A stretch of DNA of 64,000 nt from Hyphomicrobiales bacterium. Lineage in GTDB: Bacteria; Pseudomonadota; Alphaproteobacteria; MED-G09. Shown one piece after another: positions 19,169 through 29,435 of the stretch. Made by a program: the position numbers and the translations under genes. Below the pieces are notes generated by a model, which was not told the DNA's origin, made no database searches, and saw only the letters and a list, made by a program, of their open reading frames with translations. Every line of letters begins with the position of its first letter. Position 1 is the stretch's first letter. Where the stretch lies: assembly GCA_028339975.1 (NCBI GenBank), contig JAOLDG010000002.1, positions 8,302-72,301 on the forward strand, in the 5' to 3' direction.

Positions 19169-21598
19169 ATGACAGAAGAAAAAAAAGTTCAAGAATTTAA
19201 ATTATTTAAAAAAATGCCTGTTCTTCCCTTAAGGAATATTGTCGTATATCCCCATATGGTCGTCCCTCTTTTTGTAGGTAGGGATAAGTCTATAGCCGCT
19301 CTTGAAGAGGTCATGGATAAGGGCCAAGAGCTTCTATTTTTAGCTCAGAAAGATGCTGATACAAATGATCCAAATACTGATGATCTCTATGAGATTGGAA
19401 CCTTAGGAAAGGTTCTTCAATTATTAAAGTTACCAGACGGAACTGTAAAAGTTTTAGTTGAGGGGCTTAAGCGTGCAAAAGTTGAAGAATTAATACCTCA
19501 TGAAAATTTTCTTGAAGCAAAAGTTGAAATAATTAGTGAAGAAAAGTCAGAAGATAAGGCTTTAATCGCTCTATCTAATCAAATTGTGTCTAGATTCGAA
19601 GAATTTGTTAAGCTTAATACTAAGGTTGCTTCTGAGGTTGTTTCCTCTCTAAAAGACATTAACGATCCATCAAAGATAGCCGATACTGTGGCTAGTCAGA
19701 TGACAGGTAATGTAGGTGAAAAACAAAAAATATTAGAAATTTTTAATACAGAGGAACGCTTGAATAATATTTTAGGCCAAATTGATGGCGAATTGTCAGT
19801 CCTTCAGGTAGAAAAGAAAATAAGGCGAAGGGTTAAAAACCAAATGGAAAAAACCCAAAAAGAATATTATCTAAATGAGCAAATGAAGGCGATACAAAAA
19901 GAGCTAGATGACGATGAAGAGGGAATAGATGATATTGCTGAAATTGAAGAAAAAATTAAAAATACAAAATTATCAAAAGAAGCTCTTGAAAAAACGAAAA
20001 ATGAGTTAAAAAAACTTAAGCAAATGAGCCCCATGTCTGCTGAAGCTACGGTTGTTAGGAATTACCTTGATTGGATATTGGATATTCCTTGGGGAAAAAA
20101 GAAAAAAGTTATAAAAGACATTAGCGCAGCTCAAGAAACTCTTGATAAAGATCATTATGGTCTTGATAAAGTGAAGGATAGAATTACTGAATATCTTGCA
20201 GTTCAAAATAGGTCAAAAAAGATTAAAGGTCCTATTCTTTGTTTAGTTGGTCCTCCCGGGGTTGGCAAAACTTCACTTGGAAAATCTATAGCCGCTGCTA
20301 CTGGAAGAGAGTTTATAAGGATGTCTCTTGGTGGTGTTCGTGATGAATCCGAAATAAGAGGACACAGAAGAACTTATATAGGCTCAATGCCAGGAAGAAT
20401 TATTCAATCTTTGAAAAAAGTTAAAACAACCAATCCACTTTTCTTATTAGATGAAATTGATAAACTTGGATCTGATTTTAGAGGAGATCCTGCTTCAGCA
20501 CTTCTTGAAGTTTTAGATCCAGAGCAAAATAGTGCTTTTAATGATCATTATCTTGAGGTTGATTATGATTTATCTCAAGTTATGTTTGTTACAACTGCAA
20601 ATTCTCTCGATATCCCTCAGGCCTTAGCCGATAGAATGGAGGTAATTAGGATTGCTGGATACACAGAAGATGAAAAGTTAGAAATTGCTAAAAGACACCT
20701 TGTTGAAAAGACAAAAGAAAATAATGGCCTTGGTGATGATGAATGGAAGGTTTCTGATGATGCTATTCAATCAGTTATTAGATATTATAGTCGTGAAGCG
20801 GGCGTTAGAGGTCTTGAGAGAGAGATTAATTCTTTAGCGAGAAAAGCTGTAAAGGATATAGCTTTGAATAAAAGTGATTCGGTAAATGTAACTTCTGAGA
20901 ATATTTCTGATTATCTTGGAGTTAAAAAGTATAGATACGGTAAGACTGAAAATGATGATCTTATTGGAGTTGTAACTGGTTTGGCTTGGACTGAAGTAGG
21001 CGGTGATATTCTTAATATTGAAGCAGTAATGCTTCCCGGTAATGGAAAGATTAAAGCTACAGGTAAGCTTGGCGATGTTATGAAGGAATCAATTGATGCT
21101 GCATCATCTTTTGTTAGATCTAGGGCGGTCAGTTATGGGATTGAGCCTCCAATCTTTCAAAGAAAAGATATACATGTTCATGTTCCAGAAGGTGCGACGC
21201 CAAAGGATGGACCTTCGGCTGGTGTAGCTATGGTAGTTGCAATTATCTCTGTAATGGCGGAAATCCCTATCAAACATGATGTAGCCATGACTGGAGAAAT
21301 GTCTCTTAGAGGAAGAGTTCTTCCAATTGGAGGATTAAAAGAAAAATTATTAGCAGCTACAAGAAGTGGAATTAAAACTGTTCTTGTGCCTAGTGAAAAT
21401 GAGAGAGAATTATCCGAAGTCCCTGAAAACATCAAAGATAAATTAGATATTAAATTAATTTCGACTATCGATGAGGCCTTAGACTTTGCTTTAACAAAAA
21501 AACCTATTGCTATTAAATGGGATGAAAAAGCTTGGCTTGCTGAGCAAAAGAAAGGAAATATTGAATCAGGAAGCACGCCTACTCAAACTACACATTAA
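19169..21598 (+). CDS. lon: ATP-dependent Lon protease
   Basis: 809 aa with a Lon N-terminal domain, AAA+ Walker A (GPPGVGKTS) and the catalytic Ser in PKDGPSAG. Confidence 0.95.
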   Translation: MTEEKKVQEFKLFKKMPVLPLRNIVVYPHMVVPLFVGRDKSIAALEEVMDKGQELLFLAQKDADTNDPNTDDLYEIGTLGKVLQLLKLPDGTVKVLVEGLKRAKVEELIPHENFLEAKVEIISEEKSEDKALIALSNQIVSRFEEFVKLNTKVASEVVSSLKDINDPSKIADTVASQMTGNVGEKQKILEIFNTEERLNNILGQIDGELSVLQVEKKIRRRVKNQMEKTQKEYYLNEQMKAIQKELDDDEEGIDDIAEIEEKIKNTKLSKEALEKTKNELKKLKQMSPMSAEATVVRNYLDWILDIPWGKKKKVIKDISAAQETLDKDHYGLDKVKDRITEYLAVQNRSKKIKGPILCLVGPPGVGKTSLGKSIAAATGREFIRMSLGGVRDESEIRGHRRTYIGSMPGRIIQSLKKVKTTNPLFLLDEIDKLGSDFRGDPASALLEVLDPEQNSAFNDHYLEVDYDLSQVMFVTTANSLDIPQALADRMEVIRIAGYTEDEKLEIAKRHLVEKTKENNGLGDDEWKVSDDAIQSVIRYYSREAGVRGLEREINSLARKAVKDIALNKSDSVNVTSENISDYLGVKKYRYGKTENDDLIGVVTGLAWTEVGGDILNIEAVMLPGNGKIKATGKLGDVMKESIDAASSFVRSRAVSYGIEPPIFQRKDIHVHVPEGATPKDGPSAGVAMVVAIISVMAEIPIKHDVAMTGEMSLRGRVLPIGGLKEKLLAATRSGIKTVLVPSENERELSEVPENIKDKLDIKLISTIDEALDFALTKKPIAIKWDEKAWLAEQKKGNIESGSTPTQTTH

Positions 21599-21675
21599 AT
21601 TATTTTTAATTTAATTTTGACCATTTAAGTTTTTAGGGCATACATTCTTATTAATTAACAACTCAGGAGGATAAC

Positions 21676-21948
21676 ATGAATAAAAATGAACTTATCGACG
21701 CAATTGCAAGTGGATCTGGATTAAGCAAGGCTGACGCAGGTAGAGCTTTAGAAGCTTTTCTTGGATCAGTTACATCAAGCCTAGCTTCTGGCGGTAGTGT
21801 AAAAATTACTGGCTTTGGAACTTTCTCAGTTAGTCATAGAGCGGCTACTACAGGAAGAAATCCAAGAACTGGTGAAGCTATTCAAATCGCTGCATCAAAA
21901 AATGCTAAATTTAAATCTGGTAAAGGTTTAAAAGACGCAGTTAATTAA
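21676..21948 (+). CDS. hupB: DNA-binding protein HU
   Basis: 90 aa HU/IHF fold with the arm motif RNPRTGE. It follows lon, as in the conserved alphaproteobacterial tig-clpPX-lon-hupB cluster. Confidence 0.9.
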   Translation: MNKNELIDAIASGSGLSKADAGRALEAFLGSVTSSLASGGSVKITGFGTFSVSHRAATTGRNPRTGEAIQIAASKNAKFKSGKGLKDAVN

Positions 21949-21962
21949 TATTAACTTACTTT

Positions 21963-21987
21963 AGGTGGCAAAATTTTTGCCACCTAA
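21963..21987. terminator. Bidirectional hairpin terminator after hupB
   Basis: Perfect 11-bp inverted repeat AGGTGGCAAAA-T-TTTTGCCACCT, flanked by A/T-rich sequence. Confidence 0.6.
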
Positions 21988-22120
21988 AATTAAATCAAAT
22001 TATAAACTTAAAATTAAATTAAATTTCCTTACTTTTATAATAAGGATTTTTATGTACTTAATACTTTTTAGGTTATATAAACTTTCAAAATAATAGAAAT
22101 TTAATACAACTTTATTTAAA

Positions 22121-22196
22121 GGGCGGTTAGCTCAGCTGGTAGAGCATCTGGTTTACATCCAGAGGGTCGGGAGTTCGAGCCTCTCACCGCCCACCA
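22121..22196 (+). tRNA. tRNA-Val (anticodon UAC)
   Basis: 76 nt with acceptor stem GGGCGGT/ACCGCCC, D-arm GCTCAGCTGGTAGAGC and anticodon loop TTTACAT (anticodon TAC). It has T-arm GGTTCGAGCC and an encoded CCA. Confidence 0.9.
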
Positions 22197-22281
22197 TTAA
22201 ATAAAAAACATATTATAGTTTTATTTTTAGTGACTTGATTTAAGGAGATTTGACCCTTAAATAAGTCATGCATCTTATTAC

Positions 22282-22358
22282 GGGGATGTAGCTCAGTTGG
22301 TTAGAGCGCTGGCCTGTCACGCCAGAGGTCGCGGGTTCGAGTCCCGTCATTCCCGCCA
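22282..22358 (+). tRNA. tRNA-Asp (anticodon GUC)
   Basis: 77 nt with acceptor stem GGGGATG/CATTCCC, D-arm GCTCAGTTGGTTAGAGC and anticodon loop CTGTCAC (anticodon GTC). It has T-arm GGTTCGAGTCC and an encoded CCA. Confidence 0.9.
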
Positions 22359-22488
22359 CTACTTTTTTCACTTCTTTCCTATTACTATTTAACTTTAATT
22401 AAATATTCTATAGATTTATATATAAAATAATAAAAATAATTTTATAAGTCTTATAATATTTCTTTATTATATATAAAGGAGAATTTTA

Positions 22489-22980
22489 ATGTTGGAATTT
22501 CAAAAACAAGATTGCAGTTTAACTCTTCAAGAAGGTTTGGATATTTATTATAATGCTTTTGAAGATCAAGAGTCGATTTTGAGGGGTGATACGAAAACAG
22601 ATCTTATATTTGGTCATGATTGTACCCATATTATCTTTGGACTTGGCCTTTCGTTAAAGGAAGAAGCGATTTTGGATACTTATGCTATTTTTGGATGCAA
22701 AGATTCACTAAAACTTCTCACAATAGCAGTGGGGCAAATATTTAGGTCCAAGGAGCTAATGACTCTATACAAGAAACTTTTTTTTGAACCTGGTATTAAG
22801 GAGTTAATTAATATAGTTCGTTCTTCTAAAAAGTCTAAAAATATTGCCAGAATGAATACCAAAAAAATGAAAAAGAAATGGATATATTTTAATCCTGAAA
22901 GTTATCTTTCCCATAAAATAAAGGATATAAGAGACGAGTTTGGTATTTCGATATTAAGCCAACATGAATTAAGCTTATAA
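22489..22980 (+). CDS. Hypothetical protein, possibly Coq4-family (HDxxH-x11-E metal-binding motif)
   Basis: 163 aa. The segment GHDCTHIIFGLGLSLKEEAILDTYAIF resembles the Coq4 signature (yeast [25 protein letters not shown]). It is shorter at the N-terminus than characterized Coq4 proteins. It is flanked by very AT-rich intergenic DNA just downstream of tRNA-Asp. Confidence 0.35.
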   Translation: MLEFQKQDCSLTLQEGLDIYYNAFEDQESILRGDTKTDLIFGHDCTHIIFGLGLSLKEEAILDTYAIFGCKDSLKLLTIAVGQIFRSKELMTLYKKLFFEPGIKELINIVRSSKKSKNIARMNTKKMKKKWIYFNPESYLSHKIKDIRDEFGISILSQHELSL

Positions 22981-23042
22981 ATCTTTAATATAAAAAATTT
23001 TATTGTAGTATTTTATTATAAAAAAATTTCAGTTGGATAACT

Positions 23043-23807
23043 ATGAATAAACTTGATGGTAAAGTTGCAATAATAACTGGTGGTGCTGGCGGTATAGGTA
23101 GAGCTACTGCGGAAGCTTTTTTGAATGAAGGTGCAAATGTTTTAATTTTTGATTTAAATGAGGATAATTTAATAAAGGTAAGTAAGGAAATCGGATCCAC
23201 CCACCTTAGTTATTTTGTTGGCGACGTAACAAAATATGAGGATAATATTCGGGCAGTTGAAATCGTTAAAGAGAAGTATGGAGGTTTAGATATCTTTATA
23301 GCCAATGCCGGTATAGAGGGTGAGGTTAAAAATATTGAAGATTATAATATAGATATGTTTGATCAAGTTATTGCTGTTAATATTAAAGGTCCTTTTTTAG
23401 GGTTAAAAGCATCTATTCCTGCAATGAACTTAAGAAAAGGCGGAAGCTTTATCATTACATCCAGTATTACAGGTCTTAAGGGTTCTCCTGGGATAGCGCC
23501 ATACGGAACAAGTAAGCATGCAGTAATTGGGTTAATGAGATCCGCAGCTAAAGAATGTGCAGAAAAAAATATAAGAGTTAATACTGTAAACCCATCACCA
23601 GTGGAAACGAGAATGATGAGAAGTCTTGAAGAAGGTTTGATGCCTGGAGAGGCTGGTGAAGCTAAAAATATGCTTGAAGCAAACATTCCTCTTGGGAGAT
23701 ATGCTATGCCAATAGATGTAGCAAAATTAATGTTATTTTTAGCTAGCGAAGACAGTAGCTTCATCACTGGTTCAGTTTACACTGTAGATGGCGGGAGTAG
23801 CGCTTAA
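23043..23807 (+). CDS. Short-chain dehydrogenase/reductase (SDR family)
   Basis: 254 aa with a TGGAGGIGRA NAD(P)-binding motif, an NAG motif (IANAG) and the catalytic YxxxK (YGTSK). Confidence 0.85.
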   Translation: MNKLDGKVAIITGGAGGIGRATAEAFLNEGANVLIFDLNEDNLIKVSKEIGSTHLSYFVGDVTKYEDNIRAVEIVKEKYGGLDIFIANAGIEGEVKNIEDYNIDMFDQVIAVNIKGPFLGLKASIPAMNLRKGGSFIITSSITGLKGSPGIAPYGTSKHAVIGLMRSAAKECAEKNIRVNTVNPSPVETRMMRSLEEGLMPGEAGEAKNMLEANIPLGRYAMPIDVAKLMLFLASEDSSFITGSVYTVDGGSSA

Positions 23808-23894
23808 AAATTTATATAATAATTTAATTTATCAGTCGTTTTATTTTTTCAAAAAAATAGTTTATTGTATTTTTTACAATTAAGGGGTTAATTA

Positions 23895-25322
23895 ATGACA
23901 AGTTTTGATAATTTAAATGAAGTACTAGAAATACAAAAAAAAGCTCATTTAAGGGATGGACCCTTATCAGTCGAGACACGAAAAGAGTGGATCGATAGAT
24001 GTATAGCCTTATTAATAAAATATCAAAATGAGATTGCAGAAGCAATTTCAGAAGACTTTGGTCACAGAAGTACTGAAAGTTCACTATTGGCTGATGTAGC
24101 AGGATCAATTGGATCACTAAAGAGTGCTAAAGAAAATATCAAAAAATGGGTTAAACCAGAAAAAAGAAAAGTTACCCCGTCTATTTTAGGTCTTTTAGGT
24201 GCCAGATTAAGATTGGAGTACCAACCTTTAGGTACAGTAGGTGTTATTAGTCCATGGAATTTCCCTGTTACACTAACTTTTGGGCCTTTAGGTAGTATTT
24301 TTGCAGCAGGAAATAGGGCTATGATTAAGCCTTCGGAATTTACCCCAAAAACATCAGAATTAATGAAAAAAATGTTTGAAGAAGCGTTCTCACAAGAAGA
24401 GGTTGCAGTTTTCACTGGTGGACCAGATCTTGGAGAAGCTTTTTCATCACTACCTTTTGACCACCTTTTATTTACTGGTGCTACCTCAGTAGCAAAACAT
24501 GTAATGCGGGCTGCTTCAGAAAATTTAGTTCCTGTAACTTTAGAGCTTGGAGGGAAATCCCCTGTTATTATTTCAAAAAAATCTAACTTTGATGTCTCTG
24601 TGGGTAGACTTATGGCTGGTAAAACTTTGAATGCTGGTCAAATTTGTCTTGCCCCCGATTATGTTTTTATCCCTAAGGATAAAAAAGAAGATTTTATATC
24701 ACAATCTAAGAAAGTTGTTACAGAAATGTATCCTTCGTTAAAGGAAAACCCTGATTATACATCCGTAATCAATCAAAGACATTATGATAGGCTTCAAGGT
24801 TATATTGAAGAGGCCAAGGAAAAGGGATTTGAGGTTATAGAAATTAATCCTTCAAATGAAGATTTTAGCCAACAAGCTCATCATAAAATTCCTCCAACTT
24901 TAATTGTTGACCCAGATGATAGTCTATCGGTCATGAAAGAAGAAATTTTTGGACCAATTCTTTCCGTAAAAACTTATGAAAATATTGAAGATACAGTTGA
25001 CTATATAAATTCCAAGGATAGACCCTTGGGTCTTTATTACTTTGGTGATGATAAAGAAGAAATGCAGAATGTATTGGAAAATACTACATCAGGTGGAGTT
25101 ACTATTAATGATGTTGTTTTTCATGTTGGTCAAGATAATGCACCCTTTGGCGGTGTTGGACCATCTGGCACAGGTTCATATCATGGTGTTGAGGGCTTTA
25201 AGAACTTCTCTCATACCAAGACTATATATACTCAATCAAAATTTGATGGTTTATTTGGCCTCTTTAGACCGCCCTTTGGTGTAAAATCTCAGAGTGCTAT
25301 AAAAAGTCAAATCAAAGCTTAA
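23895..25322 (+). CDS. NAD(P)-dependent aldehyde dehydrogenase (ALDH3/coniferyl-aldehyde dehydrogenase-like)
   Basis: 475 aa with the catalytic Glu in ELGGKSP and the catalytic Cys in NAGQICLAPDY. Confidence 0.85.
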   Translation: MTSFDNLNEVLEIQKKAHLRDGPLSVETRKEWIDRCIALLIKYQNEIAEAISEDFGHRSTESSLLADVAGSIGSLKSAKENIKKWVKPEKRKVTPSILGLLGARLRLEYQPLGTVGVISPWNFPVTLTFGPLGSIFAAGNRAMIKPSEFTPKTSELMKKMFEEAFSQEEVAVFTGGPDLGEAFSSLPFDHLLFTGATSVAKHVMRAASENLVPVTLELGGKSPVIISKKSNFDVSVGRLMAGKTLNAGQICLAPDYVFIPKDKKEDFISQSKKVVTEMYPSLKENPDYTSVINQRHYDRLQGYIEEAKEKGFEVIEINPSNEDFSQQAHHKIPPTLIVDPDDSLSVMKEEIFGPILSVKTYENIEDTVDYINSKDRPLGLYYFGDDKEEMQNVLENTTSGGVTINDVVFHVGQDNAPFGGVGPSGTGSYHGVEGFKNFSHTKTIYTQSKFDGLFGLFRPPFGVKSQSAIKSQIKA

Positions 25323-25335
25323 TTACAGAATAAAT

Positions 25336-26037
25336 ATGCCAAAAATAAATCGTAATGGAGTTAATATTCATTTTGAGGTATGCGGTAATGGTCCAGCTAT
25401 ATTTTTATCACATGGATTTTCTGATAATTTAGGAATTTGGAAGGAGCAGGTTAAGGTTCTTTCTGAACAAAATACTCTAATTACATGGGACCTAAGAGGA
25501 CATGGCCAAACGGACAGCCCAGATGAGATTATTCAATATAGTGAAGAAGAAACTTTACTGGATATGCTAGAAATTCTTAATTATTTGAATATCGAAAAGA
25601 CTTCTTTAGGTGGATTTTCCTTAGGTGGTTATATGTCTCTAGCTTTTTATAGACTTTATCCTGATAGAGTTTCTTCACTTTTAATTATTGACACTGGTCC
25701 AGGGTTTAAAAATGACGAAGCCAGAGAGGGTTGGAATAAATACGCTATAAAAAGTGCTGAAAGGTATGAAAGTAGGGGGCGTAAAGGTATTGGGAATGCT
25801 GCAAGAGGAATGCTTACACAAAAAGATGATAGAATCATCAACTCTTTGGCTGACATTTCTGTTCCAACTTTAATAATTGTTGGAGAGGACGATAAACCGT
25901 TTTTATCTGCCGCAGAATATATGTTTAAAAAGATATCAAAATCTAAAAAAATTATTATACCGGGAGCAGGCCACTCAGTTAATATTGATCAGCCAAAACT
26001 CTTTAATAGTGCGGTTTTAGAGTTCCTTGAAACATAA
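25336..26037 (+). CDS. Alpha/beta-fold hydrolase
   Basis: 233 aa with a GxSxG motif (GFSLGG) and an HGxxD-like N-terminal region (FLSHGFSDN). The C-terminal GHSVNID segment looks like a His-containing catalytic-triad motif. Confidence 0.75.
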   Translation: MPKINRNGVNIHFEVCGNGPAIFLSHGFSDNLGIWKEQVKVLSEQNTLITWDLRGHGQTDSPDEIIQYSEEETLLDMLEILNYLNIEKTSLGGFSLGGYMSLAFYRLYPDRVSSLLIIDTGPGFKNDEAREGWNKYAIKSAERYESRGRKGIGNAARGMLTQKDDRIINSLADISVPTLIIVGEDDKPFLSAAEYMFKKISKSKKIIIPGAGHSVNIDQPKLFNSAVLEFLET

Positions 26038-26190
26038 ATTTTTTAGCATATTTTATCAAAAATAAAGCTCTTATTATTTCAATAAATTTTAGATAATTTT
26101 TGGCCAATAAAATTTTCGAATTTGGTTGCATTCCTTGGTTTAAAGGATATATTGCACTCAAGTTTGTAGGGGGATAAAGGAGCAGGTTGG

Positions 26191-26556
26191 ATGCCATCTA
26201 TACTACAAGATTACTTACCTATCGTAATTTTTATGAGCTTGTGCTTATTTATTACTTTATTGCTTATTATTCCACCCCTTTTAATTGCACCAAACAATCC
26301 AGATCCTGAAAAATTATCACCATACGAATGTGGTTTCGAGCCCTTTGATGATGCTAGATCAAAATTTGATATTAGATTTTATTTAGTAGCGATTTTATTT
26401 ATTATTTTTGACTTAGAGGTAGCCTTCTTGTTTCCTTGGGCAATTGTTTTTGGTGATATTGGTCTCTTTGGTTTTTTCTCCATGATGTTCTTTTTAACAA
26501 TTCTAACAATTGGCTTTATATACGAGTGGAAGAAGGGGGCTTTAGAATGGGATTAA
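26191..26556 (+). CDS. nuoA: NADH-quinone oxidoreductase subunit A
   Basis: 121 aa membrane protein with the conserved PYECGFEPF motif. It is the first gene of the nuoA-N operon. Confidence 0.92.
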   Translation: MPSILQDYLPIVIFMSLCLFITLLLIIPPLLIAPNNPDPEKLSPYECGFEPFDDARSKFDIRFYLVAILFIIFDLEVAFLFPWAIVFGDIGLFGFFSMMFFLTILTIGFIYEWKKGALEWD

Positions 26557-27053
26557 CTCTTGAGCGTGAAAAAAATGATTTTTCTTCCCAAATGTCTGAT
26601 AAAGGATTTTTTATAACATCCTCTGAGTCATTAATTAGTTGGGCTAGAACCGGATCTTTGCATTGGATGACTTTTGGATTAGCCTGTTGTGCTATTGAGA
26701 TGTTCCAAGCTAACGGACCTCGTTATGATCTAGAGCGATTTGGAACAGCACCAAGAGGCTCCCCTAGGCAATCAGATGTTATGATAGTTGCAGGTACATT
26801 AACCAATAAAATGGCGGGACCTTTGCGTAAGGTTTATGACCAAATGCCTGAGCCACGATATGTTATTTCAATGGGATCCTGTGCTAATGGTGGAGGTTAT
26901 TATCATTACTCATATTCCGTTGTTAGAGGTTGCGATAGAATTGTTCCTGTTGATATTTATGTTCCTGGGTGCCCTCCTACTGCAGAGGCTCTAATGTATG
27001 GGATACTTCAACTACAAAAAAAAATTAGACGAACGGGTACGGTTGAAAGGTAA
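26547..27053 (+). CDS. nuoB: NADH-quinone oxidoreductase subunit B. The start is taken at MGLTLER; the ORF track starts upstream at 26526.
   Basis: It contains the N2 Fe-S cluster ligands ([25 protein letters not shown]). Confidence 0.92.
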   Translation: MGLTLEREKNDFSSQMSDKGFFITSSESLISWARTGSLHWMTFGLACCAIEMFQANGPRYDLERFGTAPRGSPRQSDVMIVAGTLTNKMAGPLRKVYDQMPEPRYVISMGSCANGGGYYHYSYSVVRGCDRIVPVDIYVPGCPPTAEALMYGILQLQKKIRRTGTVER

Positions 27054-27059
27054 ATATAG

Positions 27060-27683
27060 ATGTTTATAAGAAAAGATCATTATGAATTATTAGAGGACTT
27101 AAAATCACATTCAGCCATCAGTTCATTAGTGATTAAGCACGAAGTATCGGCTGGCGATTTGTCAATATACGTTTCCAATGATGATATTTATGATGTATTG
27201 AAGATTTTAAAAGATGATGATATTTTTCTTTTCTCCCAACTAACTGATTTATGTGGAGTAGACTGGCCTGAGAATGAAATTAGGTTTGAAGTTGTTTATA
27301 ATCTTCTTTCTATGTCAAATAATGCCAGAATTAGAGTTAAGTCCTTAACAGACGATAAGGATAATATTCAAAGCATCTGTAAATTATTTCCTTGTGCGGA
27401 ATGGTATGAGCGCGAAGCATTTGATTTGTTTGGTATTAACTTTGTTGGAAATAAGGACTTGAGAAGAATACTTACTGACTATGGATTCGAAGGTCACCCT
27501 TTAAGAAAAGACTTTCCTCTGACTGGCTACGTTGAAGTACGATACGATGATGATAAAAAAAGGATCATATATGAACCAGTTGATTTAAAGCAGGAATTTA
27601 GAAGTTTTGATTTTGAAAGCCCTTGGGAGGGAGTTAAATACCCTGATGATAATTTAGATAGTGAGAATCTAGATGACAAATAA
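27060..27683 (+). CDS. nuoC: NADH-quinone oxidoreductase subunit C
   Basis: 207 aa 30-kDa subunit family protein (ERExxDLFGI motif). Confidence 0.9.
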   Translation: MFIRKDHYELLEDLKSHSAISSLVIKHEVSAGDLSIYVSNDDIYDVLKILKDDDIFLFSQLTDLCGVDWPENEIRFEVVYNLLSMSNNARIRVKSLTDDKDNIQSICKLFPCAEWYEREAFDLFGINFVGNKDLRRILTDYGFEGHPLRKDFPLTGYVEVRYDDDKKRIIYEPVDLKQEFRSFDFESPWEGVKYPDDNLDSENLDDK

Positions 27684-28851
27684 AAGTACAGATAAATTTA
27701 GAGTTAATTTTGGACCTCAGCATCCTGCTGCCCATGGTGTTTTAAGGTTAATTTTAGATTTGGACGGTGAGGTTGTTGAAAGAGTTGAGCCTCATATCGG
27801 TCTTTTACATAGAGGGACTGAGAAGTTAATTGAAAATAAAACATATCTACAAGCTTTACCATATTTTGATCGTTTGGATTATGTTGCTCCGATGAATCAA
27901 GAGCACGCATTCACTTTAGCAGTTGAAAGCCTTTTGGATGTAATTGTGCCCAAGAGAGCACAGTACATCCGGGTTCTTTATTCTGAAATAGGAAGAATTC
28001 TTAGTCATATGATAAATGTTCCTGCCCAAGCACTTGATGTTGGAGCCCTTACACCAACATTGTGGGGTTGGGAAGAAAGGGAAAAGCTAATGGTTTTTTA
28101 CGAAAGAGCTTGTGGATCTAGATTGCATGCGGCTTATTTCAGAACTGGAGGAGTTCATCAAGATCTTGAGGATAGCTTAATAGAGGATATTTATAATTTT
28201 TGTGACCCTTTTTTAAATGTTCTAGATGACCTTGAGAATTTATTAACTGAAAATAGAATATTTAAACAAAGAAATGTTGATATAGGAATTGTGACTAAGC
28301 AAGACGTCTTAGACTGGGGCTTAACAGGCGTAATGGCTCGTGGTTCAGGATATCATTGGGATTTAAGAAAGACTCAACCATATGAGTGTTACGAGGAGTT
28401 AGATTTTCAAATACCGGTTGGAAAGACTGGTGATAATTATGATAGATATTTGGTCCGAGTTGAAGAGTGTCGACAGTCAATTTCTATTATGAAACAAGTA
28501 ATAAATAAAATGACTCCTGGCCCTATTATTTCTGAAGATAAAAAAGTTGCTCCACCAAAAAGAGCTGACATGAAATCCTCGATGGAGGCTCTTATTCATC
28601 ACTTTAAATTGTATACTGAGGGTTATGATGTTGGCCCAGGAGATGTTTATAGGGCTATTGAAGCACCTAAAGGAGAATTTGGCGTTTACTTGATATCTGA
28701 TGGAACTAACAAACCATACAGATGTAAAATTCGAGCTCCAGGTTTTGCTCACCTTCAATCCATTGATTATCTTGGAAAAGGACATTTACTTCCTGATTTA
28801 TCAGCCATTCTAGGCTCTCTTGATTTAGTTTTTGGAGAGGTTGATAGATGA
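27673..28851 (+). CDS. nuoD: NADH-quinone oxidoreductase subunit D
   Basis: 392 aa 49-kDa subunit with the [13 protein letters not shown] motif. Confidence 0.95.
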   Translation: MTNKSTDKFRVNFGPQHPAAHGVLRLILDLDGEVVERVEPHIGLLHRGTEKLIENKTYLQALPYFDRLDYVAPMNQEHAFTLAVESLLDVIVPKRAQYIRVLYSEIGRILSHMINVPAQALDVGALTPTLWGWEEREKLMVFYERACGSRLHAAYFRTGGVHQDLEDSLIEDIYNFCDPFLNVLDDLENLLTENRIFKQRNVDIGIVTKQDVLDWGLTGVMARGSGYHWDLRKTQPYECYEELDFQIPVGKTGDNYDRYLVRVEECRQSISIMKQVINKMTPGPIISEDKKVAPPKRADMKSSMEALIHHFKLYTEGYDVGPGDVYRAIEAPKGEFGVYLISDGTNKPYRCKIRAPGFAHLQSIDYLGKGHLLPDLSAILGSLDLVFGEVDR

Positions 28852-29435
28852 CCGTAAAGAGACTTGATATTAATCAACCCAAATCATTTGAATTTAGTAA
28901 TGAGGATCTAACTTTAATCAATGATACAATTCAAAATTATCCCGAAAACAGAAAACAGTCAGCTGTTGTTCCAAGTTTATATATTGCTCAAAAAAGAGCA
29001 GGCGGTTGGCTTCCTGAGCAGGCTATTTTAAAAGTAGCTGAAATGTTAGATATGCCAAAAATCAGAGTCCTTGAAATAGCTAGCTTTTATTCAATGTTTA
29101 ATTTAACTCCAACCGGACATCATTTTATTCAGGTGTGTGGAACGACACCTTGCTGGCTAAGGGGGTCTGATCAAATTAAAAAAGCCTGCAATGATTTAGT
29201 TGGAAAGGAAGGTGAGGTTTCAGAAGATAGCGTTAGCTGGTTGGAGGTCGAATGCTTGGGTGCATGTGTAAATGCCCCAGCAGTTCAAATTAATGAAGAT
29301 TACTATGAAGATTTAAATTATGAGAGTATGACTGCTCTCATAAAAAAAATTAAAGGTAAAAAAGATATAAAAGTTGGATCTCAGGTTGGTCGAGTTTCAT
29401 CAGAGCCAAAAAAAATGGAAAAAAATAATGCTTAA
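28848..29435 (+). CDS. nuoE: NADH-quinone oxidoreductase subunit E
   Basis: 195 aa 24-kDa subunit with [2Fe-2S] Cys ligands (CGTTPC...CLGAC). Confidence 0.9.
   Translation: MTVKRLDINQPKSFEFSNEDLTLINDTIQNYPENRKQSAVVPSLYIAQKRAGGWLPEQAILKVAEMLDMPKIRVLEIASFYSMFNLTPTGHHFIQVCGTTPCWLRGSDQIKKACNDLVGKEGEVSEDSVSWLEVECLGACVNAPAVQINEDYYEDLNYESMTALIKKIKGKKDIKVGSQVGRVSSEPKKMEKNNA

Noticed and set aside
22359-26190. Hypothesis that the tRNA-Asp-adjacent region is an integrated mobile island
   Set aside because: No integrase, recombinase or transposase gene is present. There is no detectable direct repeat of the tRNA-Asp 3' end downstream and no clear compositional shift. The region is better described as a small flexible-genome insertion, reported above as a finding, than as a mobile element.
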